A stretch of DNA of 63,496 bases, taken from IMG/VR virus record IMGVR_UViG_3300012920_000036, positions 1 through 63,496 of that record; one strand, 5' to 3'. Below the pieces are notes generated by a model. It was given only the letters and a program-made list of their open reading frames with translations, made no database searches and was not told the origin of the DNA. Shown here piece after piece: positions 1 through 8,566 of this stretch. Within the stretch, counting starts at the first letter, position 1. The number at the start of each line of letters is the position of its first letter. This DNA is from a virus (taxonomy: Duplodnaviria > Caudoviricetes). Both the position numbers and the translations under genes were made by a program.

Positions 1-186
1 GGTAGCGGGTGTCAGAACATAAAGAGTTTTGAGGCAGACTTCGGAGGGGTGGACATAGAATACTACCCAACACATCCGAGTCAGGAGGAGAAAAGCATTT
101 TTGATTTTGGCAGCAGAACAGAGGACTTAGTAGTGCCAGCGAACTGGGACGGCCCTTTGCTGATGCCAATGAAAACGATAAAATAA
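1..186 (+). CDS. 5'-truncated hypothetical protein (C-terminal 61 aa)
   Basis: Frame 1 is open from base 1 to TAA 184-186, directly before the next ATG. Confidence 0.55.
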   Translation, partial: GSGCQNIKSFEADFGGVDIEYYPTHPSQEEKSIFDFGSRTEDLVVPANWDGPLLMPMKTIK

Positions 187-187
187 T

Positions 188-634
188 ATGGCTAACATAT
201 ATTCTATATGCCGGTACGAACCTATGTGTTCGTGTGACGATACGAGTCGGGTCTGTTCAATTATCATTGGCATGACTGGAAAAGACGAATCAAATGATAG
301 GCACAATGGCTACGATGATGGGGTGCTGAATCTGGAGGACAACAAGCCTTTGCTAACTGATGTTGCTACTCCAGAGAAAGCGTCAGAATTGGTTTCTCAA
401 TTCGTGGCAGATCAAGGTTTCAAGGCAAGCATCGACGCGCAGATCGAAGCATCGAAATTGCGTGATGTTCCTCCCGAAAATTTTGAAGTGCCAGAAATCA
501 CTTTAGATTTAAGCGTGGAACCAGCAGTAGGTAGTCCGGCAAATCCAGCGGTGGAGCCTCCAGCGGAGGAATCTAGCGAGGAAAAAGCGGAGGAATCCAG
601 CGAGGAGGAAAGTACAACTGATGGCGAAGGGTAA
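188..634 (+). CDS. Hypothetical protein with acidic, repetitive C-terminus
   Basis: ORF track; PAEESSEE-type repeats. Confidence 0.7.
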   Translation: MANIYSICRYEPMCSCDDTSRVCSIIIGMTGKDESNDRHNGYDDGVLNLEDNKPLLTDVATPEKASELVSQFVADQGFKASIDAQIEASKLRDVPPENFEVPEITLDLSVEPAVGSPANPAVEPPAEESSEEKAEESSEEESTTDGEG

Positions 635-779
635 ACTTACTCAACGGCAGATGTCCGCACTAGAGCGACACTCTGAACATCATACCAAAAAACACATGAG
701 CAGCATGAAAAAGATGATGCTTGATGGAAAAACATTTGGCGAAGCTCACAAAGCTGCCATGAGAAAGGTTGGGCAATAA
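621..779 (+). CDS. Small basic phage protein (52 aa, MAKGKLTQRQ...HTKKHM...AHKAAMRKVGQ)
   Basis: Translated by hand, below the track cutoff; TAATG-coupled to the next ORF. Confidence 0.75.
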   Translation: MAKGKLTQRQMSALERHSEHHTKKHMSSMKKMMLDGKTFGEAHKAAMRKVGQ

Positions 780-937
780 TGCCAAAATCAAAATCAGATA
801 AACCAAAACCAACAAGCCCAGCCAAGTGGAATAAAGCTCTGGCTGAAGCTAAAAGTAAATACAAGGTGCATCCAAGTGCGTATAGCAACTCCTATGCAGC
901 CAAGCGTTACAAAGAAATGGGAGGAGGGTGGAGGTAA
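779..937 (+). CDS. Small basic phage protein (52 aa, ...HPSAYSNSYAAKRYKEMGGGWR), DUF5872-like
   Basis: Translated by hand; TAATG coupling on both sides; PSAY...YK..GG.W motif. Confidence 0.75.
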   Translation: MPKSKSDKPKPTSPAKWNKALAEAKSKYKVHPSAYSNSYAAKRYKEMGGGWR

Positions 938-1188
938 TGGCGTATCAAGGTGGGCTTAGACAATGGCACAAGGAAAAGTGGATAGACACTAAAACTAACA
1001 AGCCATGCGGCAGAAGTAAGGGCGAAAAGCGTGGGGTTCCTGCGTGTAGGCCGACAAAAAGAGTTAACTCGAAAACCCCGACAACTGCTGGGGAAATGAC
1101 TGCGGCTCAAAAACGAAAGTTCAAAGCTCGAAAGACTGCTTTAGGTCAGCCACCTGGAAAACCTCGGCGCGTAAAAAGGGCTGCATAA
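937..1188 (+). CDS. Small basic phage protein (GLRQWHKEKW...CGR...CRP), DUF5872-like
   Basis: ORF track 928..1188, start moved to the coupled ATG at 937. Confidence 0.75.
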   Translation: MAYQGGLRQWHKEKWIDTKTNKPCGRSKGEKRGVPACRPTKRVNSKTPTTAGEMTAAQKRKFKARKTALGQPPGKPRRVKRAA

Positions 1189-1256
1189 ATCACTTGTGAG
1201 TTCTGAGTTGTAACCTTAAAATACTGATGCTTACACAATAAGCGAGCAAAATCGAT

Positions 1257-1466
1257 ATGGCAGAGATAACAGAACAGGTAAAACAAGCTGTGCAGATTCT
1301 TGCACAGATTGCAGATAGAGCATTGGTTGATGGTCCTTCGGGCAGACAGCGTGATCAAGCAGTACAAGTACTCGCGGAACACGCCGGATTGTCTACAGAT
1401 CAATCAAACAATCCTACGATACAAATGCCCACCGATGGTGAGGCTGAAGACGTTGAATCTAATTGA
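1257..1466 (+). CDS. Hypothetical protein
   Basis: ORF track, co-oriented with neighbours. Confidence 0.65.
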   Translation: MAEITEQVKQAVQILAQIADRALVDGPSGRQRDQAVQVLAEHAGLSTDQSNNPTIQMPTDGEAEDVESN

Positions 1467-1620
1467 CGATATAAAAGTTTGCTTGGCTACAGGGCTTGCG
1501 TTCGGGGGGTGGTATTTAGAACCCCTCGATCTTGTTTTTAAAATCCTTGTTAGCCTTGCATCCTTTATTTACGTCATTCTTAGAATCAAGTACCTAATCA
1601 AACAGAATAAAGAGAAATGA
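1435..1620 (+). CDS. Small membrane protein, holin-like
   Basis: Two hydrophobic segments and a basic C-terminus; start uncertain. Confidence 0.5.
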   Translation: MVRLKTLNLIDDIKVCLATGLAFGGWYLEPLDLVFKILVSLASFIYVILRIKYLIKQNKEK

Positions 1621-1937
1621 AAAAAATTATTCTATTAACGGCCCTGCTCGCAACTGCGAGTACGGTGAACGCAGGCGGACTTTTCGGAGCCGGTCTGAAA
1701 CCAAAACCAAACGTAACTTTGTTTGGTCAAAAACTGTCATGGGCAATCCCGTCTCTTTGCATTGGAGCAAAGGCAGGAGTTCTGCCGGATGCAGGATTAT
1801 CGTCAGACGGAATCAATTTTAAAATTCCGTACTTCGCACTCGATCTACCATTCCCCAGCATCACCATCAAAGGGACAAACTCTGTCACCGAGGTGAAGAT
1901 TGGGGCAATCGAGAAAACCAAACAGGAGTCTAAATAA
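1617..1937 (+). CDS. Secreted hypothetical protein with signal peptide
   Basis: MKKIILLTALLATASTVNA signal-like N-terminus. Confidence 0.65.
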   Translation: MKKIILLTALLATASTVNAGGLFGAGLKPKPNVTLFGQKLSWAIPSLCIGAKAGVLPDAGLSSDGINFKIPYFALDLPFPSITIKGTNSVTEVKIGAIEKTKQESK

Positions 1938-2191
1938 TGTTTAAAAGTAAAACTGTACTAACCGCTTTAGGAGCCGCGCTTGCATCTACCGGCGCAGCCC
2001 TTGAGGGAAGTATGGCATGGCCTGACGCGATAAACGTCATCGTGATGTCTGTTCTCAGCATTTTCCTTCGCCACGGCATCTCCAAAACAGATGCCAAGGT
2101 CAGCGAGGCGACTGAAGCAGCGTCTGCTGCCGAGGCAGCAATTAAGGTTAGTGCCTCAACGGTTAAGGCTAAGGCAAAGAAAAAAGCCTAA
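1937..2191 (+). CDS. Holin-like membrane protein
   Basis: MFKSKT start, two TM segments, 'IFLRHGI' and basic tail; lies in lysis cluster. Confidence 0.6.
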   Translation: MFKSKTVLTALGAALASTGAALEGSMAWPDAINVIVMSVLSIFLRHGISKTDAKVSEATEAASAAEAAIKVSASTVKAKAKKKA

Positions 2192-2385
2192 TGGCTTGGC
2201 TCTTGGCATTGCTGAAATTAATACCAGGACTGGCTAAGATTTTGGCCAAGCTGGAGGAGACAATGCGATATGCTCAAGCTGAACAAAGACGTGAAGCCAA
2301 GCACTCTCGCGTGGACGATGCCATTGCTGACGCTCTGGCTAGTCCTCACGATAGGGACGGGCTGCACGACGACGAAACTAAATAA
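2191..2385 (+). CDS. Putative i-spanin
   Basis: N-terminal hydrophobic anchor and helical body; overlaps a downstream lipoprotein. Confidence 0.45.
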   Translation: MAWLLALLKLIPGLAKILAKLEETMRYAQAEQRREAKHSRVDDAIADALASPHDRDGLHDDETK

Positions 2386-2521
2386 TGTTGACCGGCTCAT
2401 AGAGCGTCACCCGAAAGGGTTTAAGGACGCTGTCAGGGCCAGCGAGGAGGCTACTGAGTTTGTCCGTGATGCATTGAAAACCTTGGCTGACGTGGAGGCA
2501 ATGGTCGAGAGAGGAAATTGA
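2318..2521 (+). CDS. Lipoprotein, putative o-spanin
   Basis: MPLLTLWLVLTIGTG-C lipobox-like sequence; starts inside the preceding gene. Confidence 0.5.
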   Translation: MPLLTLWLVLTIGTGCTTTKLNNVDRLIERHPKGFKDAVRASEEATEFVRDALKTLADVEAMVERGN

Positions 2522-2528
2522 ATGCGGG

Positions 2529-2918
2529 ATGCTCGCCACGGGGAAACGAGGGGAACTGCTGGCGGCTGAGAAGCTCATTGAGAACGGCTGGGACATTGCA
2601 CTTCCTATCGATTCCTCGGTGTTTGATCTGATCGCTGTCAAAGGTGATCGACGGTGGCGCATCCAAGTTAAATCAACCCTTCAAAAACATTCCTACGAGA
2701 ACACGACTCCCCACTACCAGTTCCAGATAGCCAAGGGCAAAAGTTTCAAACACAAATACGAGTCAGGTGAATTAGACTTCTTCATTTGCGTTGCCCTCGA
2801 CAGCCACCGATTCTGGATATTCCCCTTTGGTAATCTGGATAAATTCACCGTCAAGGTTTACGATAATTCAGCAAGGTACAGAGAGTACGAGAACGCATGG
2901 GAACTGCTCGAAAAGTAG
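2529..2918 (+). CDS. PD-(D/E)XK endonuclease (PDDEXK_5-like)
   Basis: GxxGE...DLI...IQVKS motif; 'DFFICV' strand. Confidence 0.8.
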   Translation: MLATGKRGELLAAEKLIENGWDIALPIDSSVFDLIAVKGDRRWRIQVKSTLQKHSYENTTPHYQFQIAKGKSFKHKYESGELDFFICVALDSHRFWIFPFGNLDKFTVKVYDNSARYREYENAWELLEK

Positions 2919-2926
2919 AAAATGAA

Positions 2927-3200
2927 TGTGGGAATAGTGTGGGAATAATAATAAGTACCCAAAAATTAAAGACGTAAATAACTGGACTACAATTAGATAA
3001 GCCAAGAAGCACCGTTAGCCTTTTAAGCCGTTGGTTGTGAGTTCGAGTCTCACCCGACCCACCATTCTTTTTCCTTTGTTTTCCCACTTTTCCTAACGAT
3101 TTTGCACGTTTTGAAGCTGAATCGTGTTTTACTGATATTCCCATTCTCTCTCAAATTTTCCTGTTTTCTGCCAAAATTTATGTGGGAATAATGTGGGAAT
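2927..3200. mobile_element. attP region: tRNA-derived core flanked by tandem TGTGGGAAT arm-type repeats
   Basis: TGTGGGAAT at 2927, 2938, 3181 and 3192 (11-bp spacing within each pair); adjoins the integrase 3' end. Confidence 0.85.
3018..3064 (+). tRNA. 3' half of tRNA-Lys(UUU) forming the attP core; not a complete tRNA
   Basis: CTTTTAA anticodon loop, GTGAG-TTCGAGT-CTCAC T-arm, CCGACCC-A-CCA end; no 5' acceptor strand or D-arm upstream. Confidence 0.85.
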
Positions 3201-3201
3201 T

Positions 3202-4611
3202 TTAGGCCGCGATTGAAACAGAGAAGTATCGGTTCACCTGTTTGCCGTTCACTTTTGCGCCAAGGTAATTCTTATCCAGACAAGCCACCCCTGTTCCCAT
3301 CTCGTATTTCAGAAATTCTTTTGGGTCTTGGTCGTTGTCCTTGGCTCGTAGCTCGCTGTACCTGTAAGTTCCAAAGCTGTGGCGTGGGCCATCTTGAATC
3401 CAATCAATGCCGATATGTTTGGCAATGTTATTGACCGCTTGGCCAGCAGAGTCTCTGACGCTTTTAAACAATTTCTCAAAGGCAGCTTTTGTCTCCGGTG
3501 TGACTTCGCCACGCTTTTTAAATTCCTTTTGGCATTCGTGGTACAAGGGGTAGAGGCGAGCGGCACACTCATTAGGAAGAAGCCCCCCTTTAGCGACCTT
3601 GCCCCTTCCTCTAGCCTTATCGAAATATGGCCAAAGTATCTCTTTTAAGTTCGGCTTAATTTCAACATGGCGAGTGCCACCACCAAGTTTACGTTTCCCA
3701 ATGGTAATGTAATTAGAATCCCAATCGATCTGACTCCATTGAATCAGCATTGCCTCAGAAGGGCGACACGCTCCGAAAAACTGCATAGACAGTATCGGGA
3801 GCCAATCGAAGCTGCGGCCCTGTTTGTCCCAGCCGGTACTGGTTTCCAGAATTGAGTAAGTTTCATCCGGTGAAAAATATTTAACGTGATCTAAACCAAA
3901 TGATTGAGAGGTGTTGTCTTTCCCAGATTTCATTTTCAGTTTTCGGATTTCAAACTTACTATCCACTAAGCTCGGCTCTTGGTCTTGCCCCCATTTTAAA
4001 AACGCCTTAACTGACTTTGCATATTTGTCATAAGTCTCTTTCCCCCATTCCTTCCTGCGCTTCTTCCGCCAGAGATCATCCATCCGTGCCAGTAGTTCCG
4101 CGCACCCAACACCATACAGCGGGTTCTGTAACCACGGACTAAACACTAGCTCAAGATGCCGCTTGATCGAACCCACTTGGTCAATACCAACCTCGTCTGA
4201 TTTGTATTCCAAAAACCTTTCTATGCAGTCCTCCACGGGACGTAATGCAAACTGGCTCAAATACTTCTGATGTTTTTTCCAATCCCTAATAATCTCTAAC
4301 GGGGTCTTGTCTGTATCAACATCAGCCATTTCGTTTTTAATATCCTGCCATTGGCGGTTGTCGGATTCCGTCATTCCAACAGACTTGCCACCGTTCCAAT
4401 TCTGGCAGAGATCGTGGGCGAATTTATCAACAGCCTCTTCAGTTTTCCTGTTGGTGAATTTGCGATTATTTGGACTATGTACGGTTGAAGTGAAATACAA
4501 TATTTTAAAACCTTTTCGGTCACTCTCCCATTTGTATTGCAACCCCATTTCCCTAGCGGCTCTATTTTGCTTGGCCTTGCCGTTCTGCCATAATGTCCAA
4601 CTCATTTGCAT
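3202..4611 (-). CDS. int: Tyrosine integrase
   Basis: GACRPSE (catalytic R), DGPRHSFGTY, C-terminal NY; adjacent to attP. Confidence 0.9.
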   Translation of the reverse strand: MQMSWTLWQNGKAKQNRAAREMGLQYKWESDRKGFKILYFTSTVHSPNNRKFTNRKTEEAVDKFAHDLCQNWNGGKSVGMTESDNRQWQDIKNEMADVDTDKTPLEIIRDWKKHQKYLSQFALRPVEDCIERFLEYKSDEVGIDQVGSIKRHLELVFSPWLQNPLYGVGCAELLARMDDLWRKKRRKEWGKETYDKYAKSVKAFLKWGQDQEPSLVDSKFEIRKLKMKSGKDNTSQSFGLDHVKYFSPDETYSILETSTGWDKQGRSFDWLPILSMQFFGACRPSEAMLIQWSQIDWDSNYITIGKRKLGGGTRHVEIKPNLKEILWPYFDKARGRGKVAKGGLLPNECAARLYPLYHECQKEFKKRGEVTPETKAAFEKLFKSVRDSAGQAVNNIAKHIGIDWIQDGPRHSFGTYRYSELRAKDNDQDPKEFLKYEMGTGVACLDKNYLGAKVNGKQVNRYFSVSIAA

Positions 4612-4632
4612 TGCGTTTAAAGAGAAATTTTT

Positions 4633-5685
4633 TTACCAATCAACTCCGCAAGCGTTAACTCCGCAAGCGTTCTTCGGCCCACGCGATCCTGCTGTGTCCT
4701 CGACTTCCTTGGAATTTTTTATCTCCTCCTTAAAATAATTAATGAAATTTTCTTCATTATGTTTCTTCATCTGCTTAACAAATTGATTCCATGAATTCTT
4801 TTGGGCAAACGGGAGATTTTCGATTATTTCCGCAAACGATAGTTCATCCTCAAGTTTTTGATATTCAGCTATTGGGACAGTTTTAGGATTACTAACTCGC
4901 GCCGCCATTTCAACTGTTATCGTTTTGTCCCAGCCATCAAGGGTTTGAATCCATTCCAACACGTTAAACGATTGTAGGCCAATTGCCATGTTAACCGCCA
5001 ATTTGTAATAAATCATTCGGGTAAAATCATCATTCCCTAGTATCTCTTCCATTCGTACTGGGTTGTCGTAAGCTATCGAACGGGCTAACGCCATAAACTG
5101 GTTTTTTGTGTCACGCTGGGTTCGCCAACGGTTCGCCAATTTAATTTGGTGGTCAATGACTTTATCTTTCGCCTCCAGTTGAGCATCTTTTTCGTCGAGT
5201 TGCTCGTTAAGAGACATTATGTGGTCGGTCAATCCCTCGGCACGTTCGCCCATGTGTTTATAGTATTGGTAGTGAATCTGTTTTTCCGTTTCAGCAGCTT
5301 CATGTAACGATAGAATTGTCCTATTGTGAGCTTCGATATGTTCATCGCGTCGAGCAATTCCTTTTCGCAGCCCATTAATTTTGCTGTTTAGCTCGGCGTT
5401 TTTTACAGCCGTTTCCTTTGCCTCATTCACCGCCATTTGAACGCGATATTCCTCGTAACAGGCAAATAATATAGCAATGGATACAACCACAGCTATGGTC
5501 TTCCAGCCCCCACGGCTAACATGGCGCATAATGCTATTGCACCTGGTATCCGCTGTAGCTTCAGCTAATTCGGCTCGATGGTCAGCGTTTTCGTTTGCTA
5601 CTTCCGCACGAACATCTGCTGCATCTTCCGCAACTGATTGATTATCTATTATTTTTTTTTGATTATTTGTTATTTTGTCCAACAT
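4633..5685 (-). CDS. Single-pass membrane protein with coiled coil (lysogeny-side gene)
   Basis: TM segment TIAVVVSIAILFACY followed by heptad-rich region. Confidence 0.7.
   Translation of the reverse strand: MLDKITNNQKKIIDNQSVAEDAADVRAEVANENADHRAELAEATADTRCNSIMRHVSRGGWKTIAVVVSIAILFACYEEYRVQMAVNEAKETAVKNAELNSKINGLRKGIARRDEHIEAHNRTILSLHEAAETEKQIHYQYYKHMGERAEGLTDHIMSLNEQLDEKDAQLEAKDKVIDHQIKLANRWRTQRDTKNQFMALARSIAYDNPVRMEEILGNDDFTRMIYYKLAVNMAIGLQSFNVLEWIQTLDGWDKTITVEMAARVSNPKTVPIAEYQKLEDELSFAEIIENLPFAQKNSWNQFVKQMKKHNEENFINYFKEEIKNSKEVEDTAGSRGPKNACGVNACGVDW
4642..4671. repeat. 15-bp tandem duplication AACTCCGCAAGCGTT x2
   Basis: Exact duplication about 30 bp upstream of int; encodes NACGV twice. 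Confidence 0.8.
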
Positions 5686-5698
5686 GTTCTTAATTTGT

Positions 5699-6010
5699 TT
5701 ATTTGGTTATTGCCTTTCGTTTTGCTTTTACAGCAGCAAGCTCACGATTGAGCCGCTTTAGGTTTTCGCTCATTTTCTTTTGGGTGATTTCGATGGTTGA
5801 AGCTATAGACGTTAGTGCGTCGGCAGTTGCGATTTGAGCCGCTTCGCTAACATCTAAGGCATCGGCTTGCACCCCCTCCTTTAATTGACTTCGGATAGCA
5901 TACTCTATCCATTGGTTAATCGACATTTCTTCAGAAGCAGCAGCTTGCTCAATCATTGAGTACAGAGTGTCTGTGCATCTAAAGGCTCGATTTGTTTTTT
6001 TAGGTTTCAA
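5699..6010 (-). CDS. Ribbon-helix-helix repressor-like protein with coiled-coil tail
   Basis: beta-strand AFRC, helix, 'MSINQWIEYAI' (Arc/HicB-like RHH pattern); TTG start. Confidence 0.7.
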   Translation of the reverse strand: MKPKKTNRAFRCTDTLYSMIEQAAASEEMSINQWIEYAIRSQLKEGVQADALDVSEAAQIATADALTSIASTIEITQKKMSENLKRLNRELAAVKAKRKAITK

Positions 6011-6193
6011 AATAATGCTTATTGATCTCGGTTCTTGAAAAAATTTTCTTTAAAAGAAATATGCGAACCGGCTTCAAAATAGTTCAGTTTCATGCATTGT
6101 CAAATTTTTTTTTAAAAAAATGAAACCCAAACAAAAAAAGTTATTGCGATATCATTAAAAAAAGTTTTCACTTTCCGAGTGCCAACAAAGCGG
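6011..6193. promoter_or_regulatory. AT-rich divergent control region (lysis/lysogeny switch)
   Basis: Intergenic between divergent regulator genes; long A/T tracts. Confidence 0.6.
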
Positions 6194-6349
6194 ATGAAAG
6201 AAAAAAAAGAGAAAACCACGGGCTTTGCGTATGACAAGGAAACAGGGAAGTTAATAAACGCTGGGGCAAAGTTGCACTTAAACGGTAAGGGAAAGCCCAG
6301 CATTAGCAACTTCCTTCGCGCAGCCGTTCACCAGTATTTTGAGAAATAA
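6194..6349 (+). CDS. Small RHH-like regulator in the Cro position (51 aa)
   Basis: Translated by hand: MKEKKEKTTGFAYD...PSISNFLRAAVHQYFEK; TAATG-coupled to the next gene. Confidence 0.65.
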   Translation: MKEKKEKTTGFAYDKETGKLINAGAKLHLNGKGKPSISNFLRAAVHQYFEK

Positions 6350-6600
6350 TGGGTTGGAACGATTTGCAGATAAAAGTTAAGCCAGAAACTCCCAAGGCAA
6401 TCAGAGGCATCGAGGAGATGTTCACCATTAAGGAGTTAACTTCCCTGACAAAAAAAGGAGCATCTACTTTATACCGACTTATGGAACCTTGGGATGTGAG
6501 AAAGACGAGCGACATAGGGCCGAATGGTGAAATCCCTTACAAAAAAGTCGGAGGCTCCACCAGATTTACAGCAGAAACAGTAAGACAACTTACAACATAA
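6349..6600 (+). CDS. Excisionase-like winged HTH protein
   Basis: FTIKEL...STLYRL...IPYKKVGGSTRF (HTH_17/Xis pattern). Confidence 0.7.
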   Translation: MGWNDLQIKVKPETPKAIRGIEEMFTIKELTSLTKKGASTLYRLMEPWDVRKTSDIGPNGEIPYKKVGGSTRFTAETVRQLTT

Positions 6601-6603
6601 ACT

Positions 6604-7476
6604 ATGTTCAAGAAAGCAACAAAAGAGCAGGCCAAATTACGAATGGCATTAGCAGGAGTCTCCGGCTCCGGTAAAACATACACCAGTCTTTTATTTGGAA
6701 CCACCATTGGAAAGACTGCATTCATCGACACCGAGAAAGGGTCAGCGTCAAAATATGCTGACCTTTTTGATTTCGATGTATTGGAACTGGATGACCACCA
6801 TCCAGACAAGTTTGTCGAAGCGATCAAGGCGGCAGAGTCGGATTACGATTGTGTTGTCATCGATTCGCTTACTCACGCTTGGAACGGGAAAAATGGCTGT
6901 CTTGAATTGGCAGACCAGGAATCAGCAAGGAGTAAGAGCAACAACAGTTACATTGCTTGGAAAAAGATCACTCCTATCCATGACCGGCTTATCGCCTCAA
7001 TCCTGTCGGCTGAATGTCACGTCATCGCGACGATGCGACAAAAGCAACAGTATGAGGCAGGCAAAAACGAACAGGGAAGATTTACCGTAGCTCGTCTGGG
7101 AATGGCTCCTGTTCAGCGGGATTCAGTCGAATACGAGTTCGACATAATGGGCGAGATGAACATCGACAACCAGTTGGTGATTACCAAAAGCCGAATGGCT
7201 TCATTGTCCGGCAAGGTATTCACAAAACCAGACGCTGAAATAGCAAAGCAAATCATGGCTTGGTGTGGTAGCGGAGACGCCCCGAAAGAGTATTCGCTAG
7301 ACATCGCACTACAAACTCAGCTTGAGCCAATTATCAGCGGCAAAGAGGTTAATCTCGATAACTGGTTGAAAAAGGAAAAGCACATCACGACTAAACAGAC
7401 GTGGAGGAACATGCCGCACAGCATTGCGGAGAGAGCCATCAAAAACTCTGAAAAGTTCCTAGCAGCAATATCGTAA
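6604..7476 (+). CDS. AAA_24 ATPase, Sak4-like ssDNA annealing protein
   Basis: GVSGSGKT Walker A, IDTE, VVIDSLTHAW, EYEFD. Confidence 0.85.
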   Translation: MFKKATKEQAKLRMALAGVSGSGKTYTSLLFGTTIGKTAFIDTEKGSASKYADLFDFDVLELDDHHPDKFVEAIKAAESDYDCVVIDSLTHAWNGKNGCLELADQESARSKSNNSYIAWKKITPIHDRLIASILSAECHVIATMRQKQQYEAGKNEQGRFTVARLGMAPVQRDSVEYEFDIMGEMNIDNQLVITKSRMASLSGKVFTKPDAEIAKQIMAWCGSGDAPKEYSLDIALQTQLEPIISGKEVNLDNWLKKEKHITTKQTWRNMPHSIAERAIKNSEKFLAAIS

Positions 7477-7482
7477 AAATTT

Positions 7483-7633
7483 GGGCAGGAATAGAGTCGA
7501 GAGGAGAACTCCGAACGAGGCTTGCATATGGCATATAAATACAACGACGAGACTCCGTTGTACCGCATAGATGGTTGGACATAAATGCATATGCCATCCC
7601 ACCTAAGTGCAGCCTTTTGATGAACACCTGTCC
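7483..7633 (+). ncRNA. Putative multibranch structured RNA element
   Basis: Nested stems GGGCAGG/CCTGTCC, AGGCT(T)GCA/TGCAGCCT, TGGCATAT/ATATGCCA, TACAACG/CGTTGTA. Confidence 0.45.
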
Positions 7634-7647
7634 TATTTAATTTAATA

Positions 7648-7881
7648 ATGGCTAACTCAAACCAAGAAACATTTCAGCAATCAGAGGCTGGGCATTACAG
7701 CTACCACTCTCTGGATAACCCCTTTGGCTATAATGAAATTAGTAAAAAAGTTTCACGCAAATTAAGGCTCAACATTTTAAAGGGGAGGTGGTCACCGGAC
7801 ACAAGCGACGACATGCAGATGTTGCGTAAATTCAAGGAAAGCAAACTCACCCCAGAGAAGTTTTTGGAAACGTGGAAGTAA
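7648..7881 (+). CDS. Hypothetical protein
   Basis: ORF track. Confidence 0.55.
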   Translation: MANSNQETFQQSEAGHYSYHSLDNPFGYNEISKKVSRKLRLNILKGRWSPDTSDDMQMLRKFKESKLTPEKFLETWK

Positions 7882-7887
7882 AAAAAT

Positions 7888-8115
7888 ATGGCAGCTTCAG
7901 ACTTATCAGAATCGGGCAACTCAGGGGAAAAAATGGAAGAAAGGGGTCACCACCCACACAGCCCCAGCACATGGGCGAAAATAAAAAAGTGCAGCTTGTA
8001 CAAGAGCGACCCAACGCCAAGTAAGTACGCTCTGATCGGAACTCAAAGCCATGAACTTTTGGAGGAAAAGTTAAAGTCATACAACAAGAGTGTCCGTAAA
8101 AATAACATTGAATGA
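7888..8115 (+). CDS. N-terminal fragment of Cas4-like/DUF2800 exonuclease
   Basis: HxxxSPS...C...A.IGT..HELLE motif typical of the family N-terminus. Confidence 0.7.
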   Translation: MAASDLSESGNSGEKMEERGHHPHSPSTWAKIKKCSLYKSDPTPSKYALIGTQSHELLEEKLKSYNKSVRKNNIE

Positions 8116-8566
8116 AGGCGAGACGGCTGTCGCATCAGTCTCCGCAATTCTGCGCTACACAGTCAACAGAGCCTCTGGAGTTGTTGACCGTAAGGGTGGG
8201 CCGCAATCGTGTTGGAAAACAGACCTAAACGGTGTCGGTGCTGAAATGGCATTCGCTAAATACAAGAACCTCTATCCAGATTTTTCCACCAACCCACGGC
8301 AGGGGGGAAGCGACTTTACGTTAATCAATGGTGATGAGGTTGACATTAAATGCACCCAGTACAAGACCGGCAAACTGATCGTCAACAAGGACAAGAACAC
8401 CTCCAAAACTAAATATTATATTTTAGTAATAGGAGAAGTTCCGACATTTGAAATTGTGGGATACGCCACAGCGGATGAGGTCTTCAAGAATGAAAACCTC
8501 AAGGAGATTTATGGCCGTGAATGTTACCAAATAGAACAATGCAATCTGCACCAAATACAGGGGTAG
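8090..8566 (+). CDS. Inserted PD-(D/E)XK-type endonuclease (putative homing endonuclease)
   Basis: GxxAE...DF...VDIK motif; overlaps both exonuclease fragments. Confidence 0.65.
   Translation: MSVKITLNEGETAVASVSAILRYTVNRASGVVDRKGGPQSCWKTDLNGVGAEMAFAKYKNLYPDFSTNPRQGGSDFTLINGDEVDIKCTQYKTGKLIVNKDKNTSKTKYYILVIGEVPTFEIVGYATADEVFKNENLKEIYGRECYQIEQCNLHQIQG

Noticed and set aside
2990-3064. Complete phage tRNA-Lys gene
   Set aside because: No 5' acceptor strand (GGGTCGG) or D-arm, and the anticodon stem pairs only partly; better explained as the attP core
8113-8115. Stop-codon reassignment (TGA read as Trp)
   Set aside because: All long genes are intact under code 11, and many genes end in TGA with coupled starts
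8090-8566. Group I intron or intein in the exonuclease
   Set aside because: The insert is almost entirely an out-of-frame ORF with no room for a ribozyme core and no intein motifs; splicing is not formally excluded
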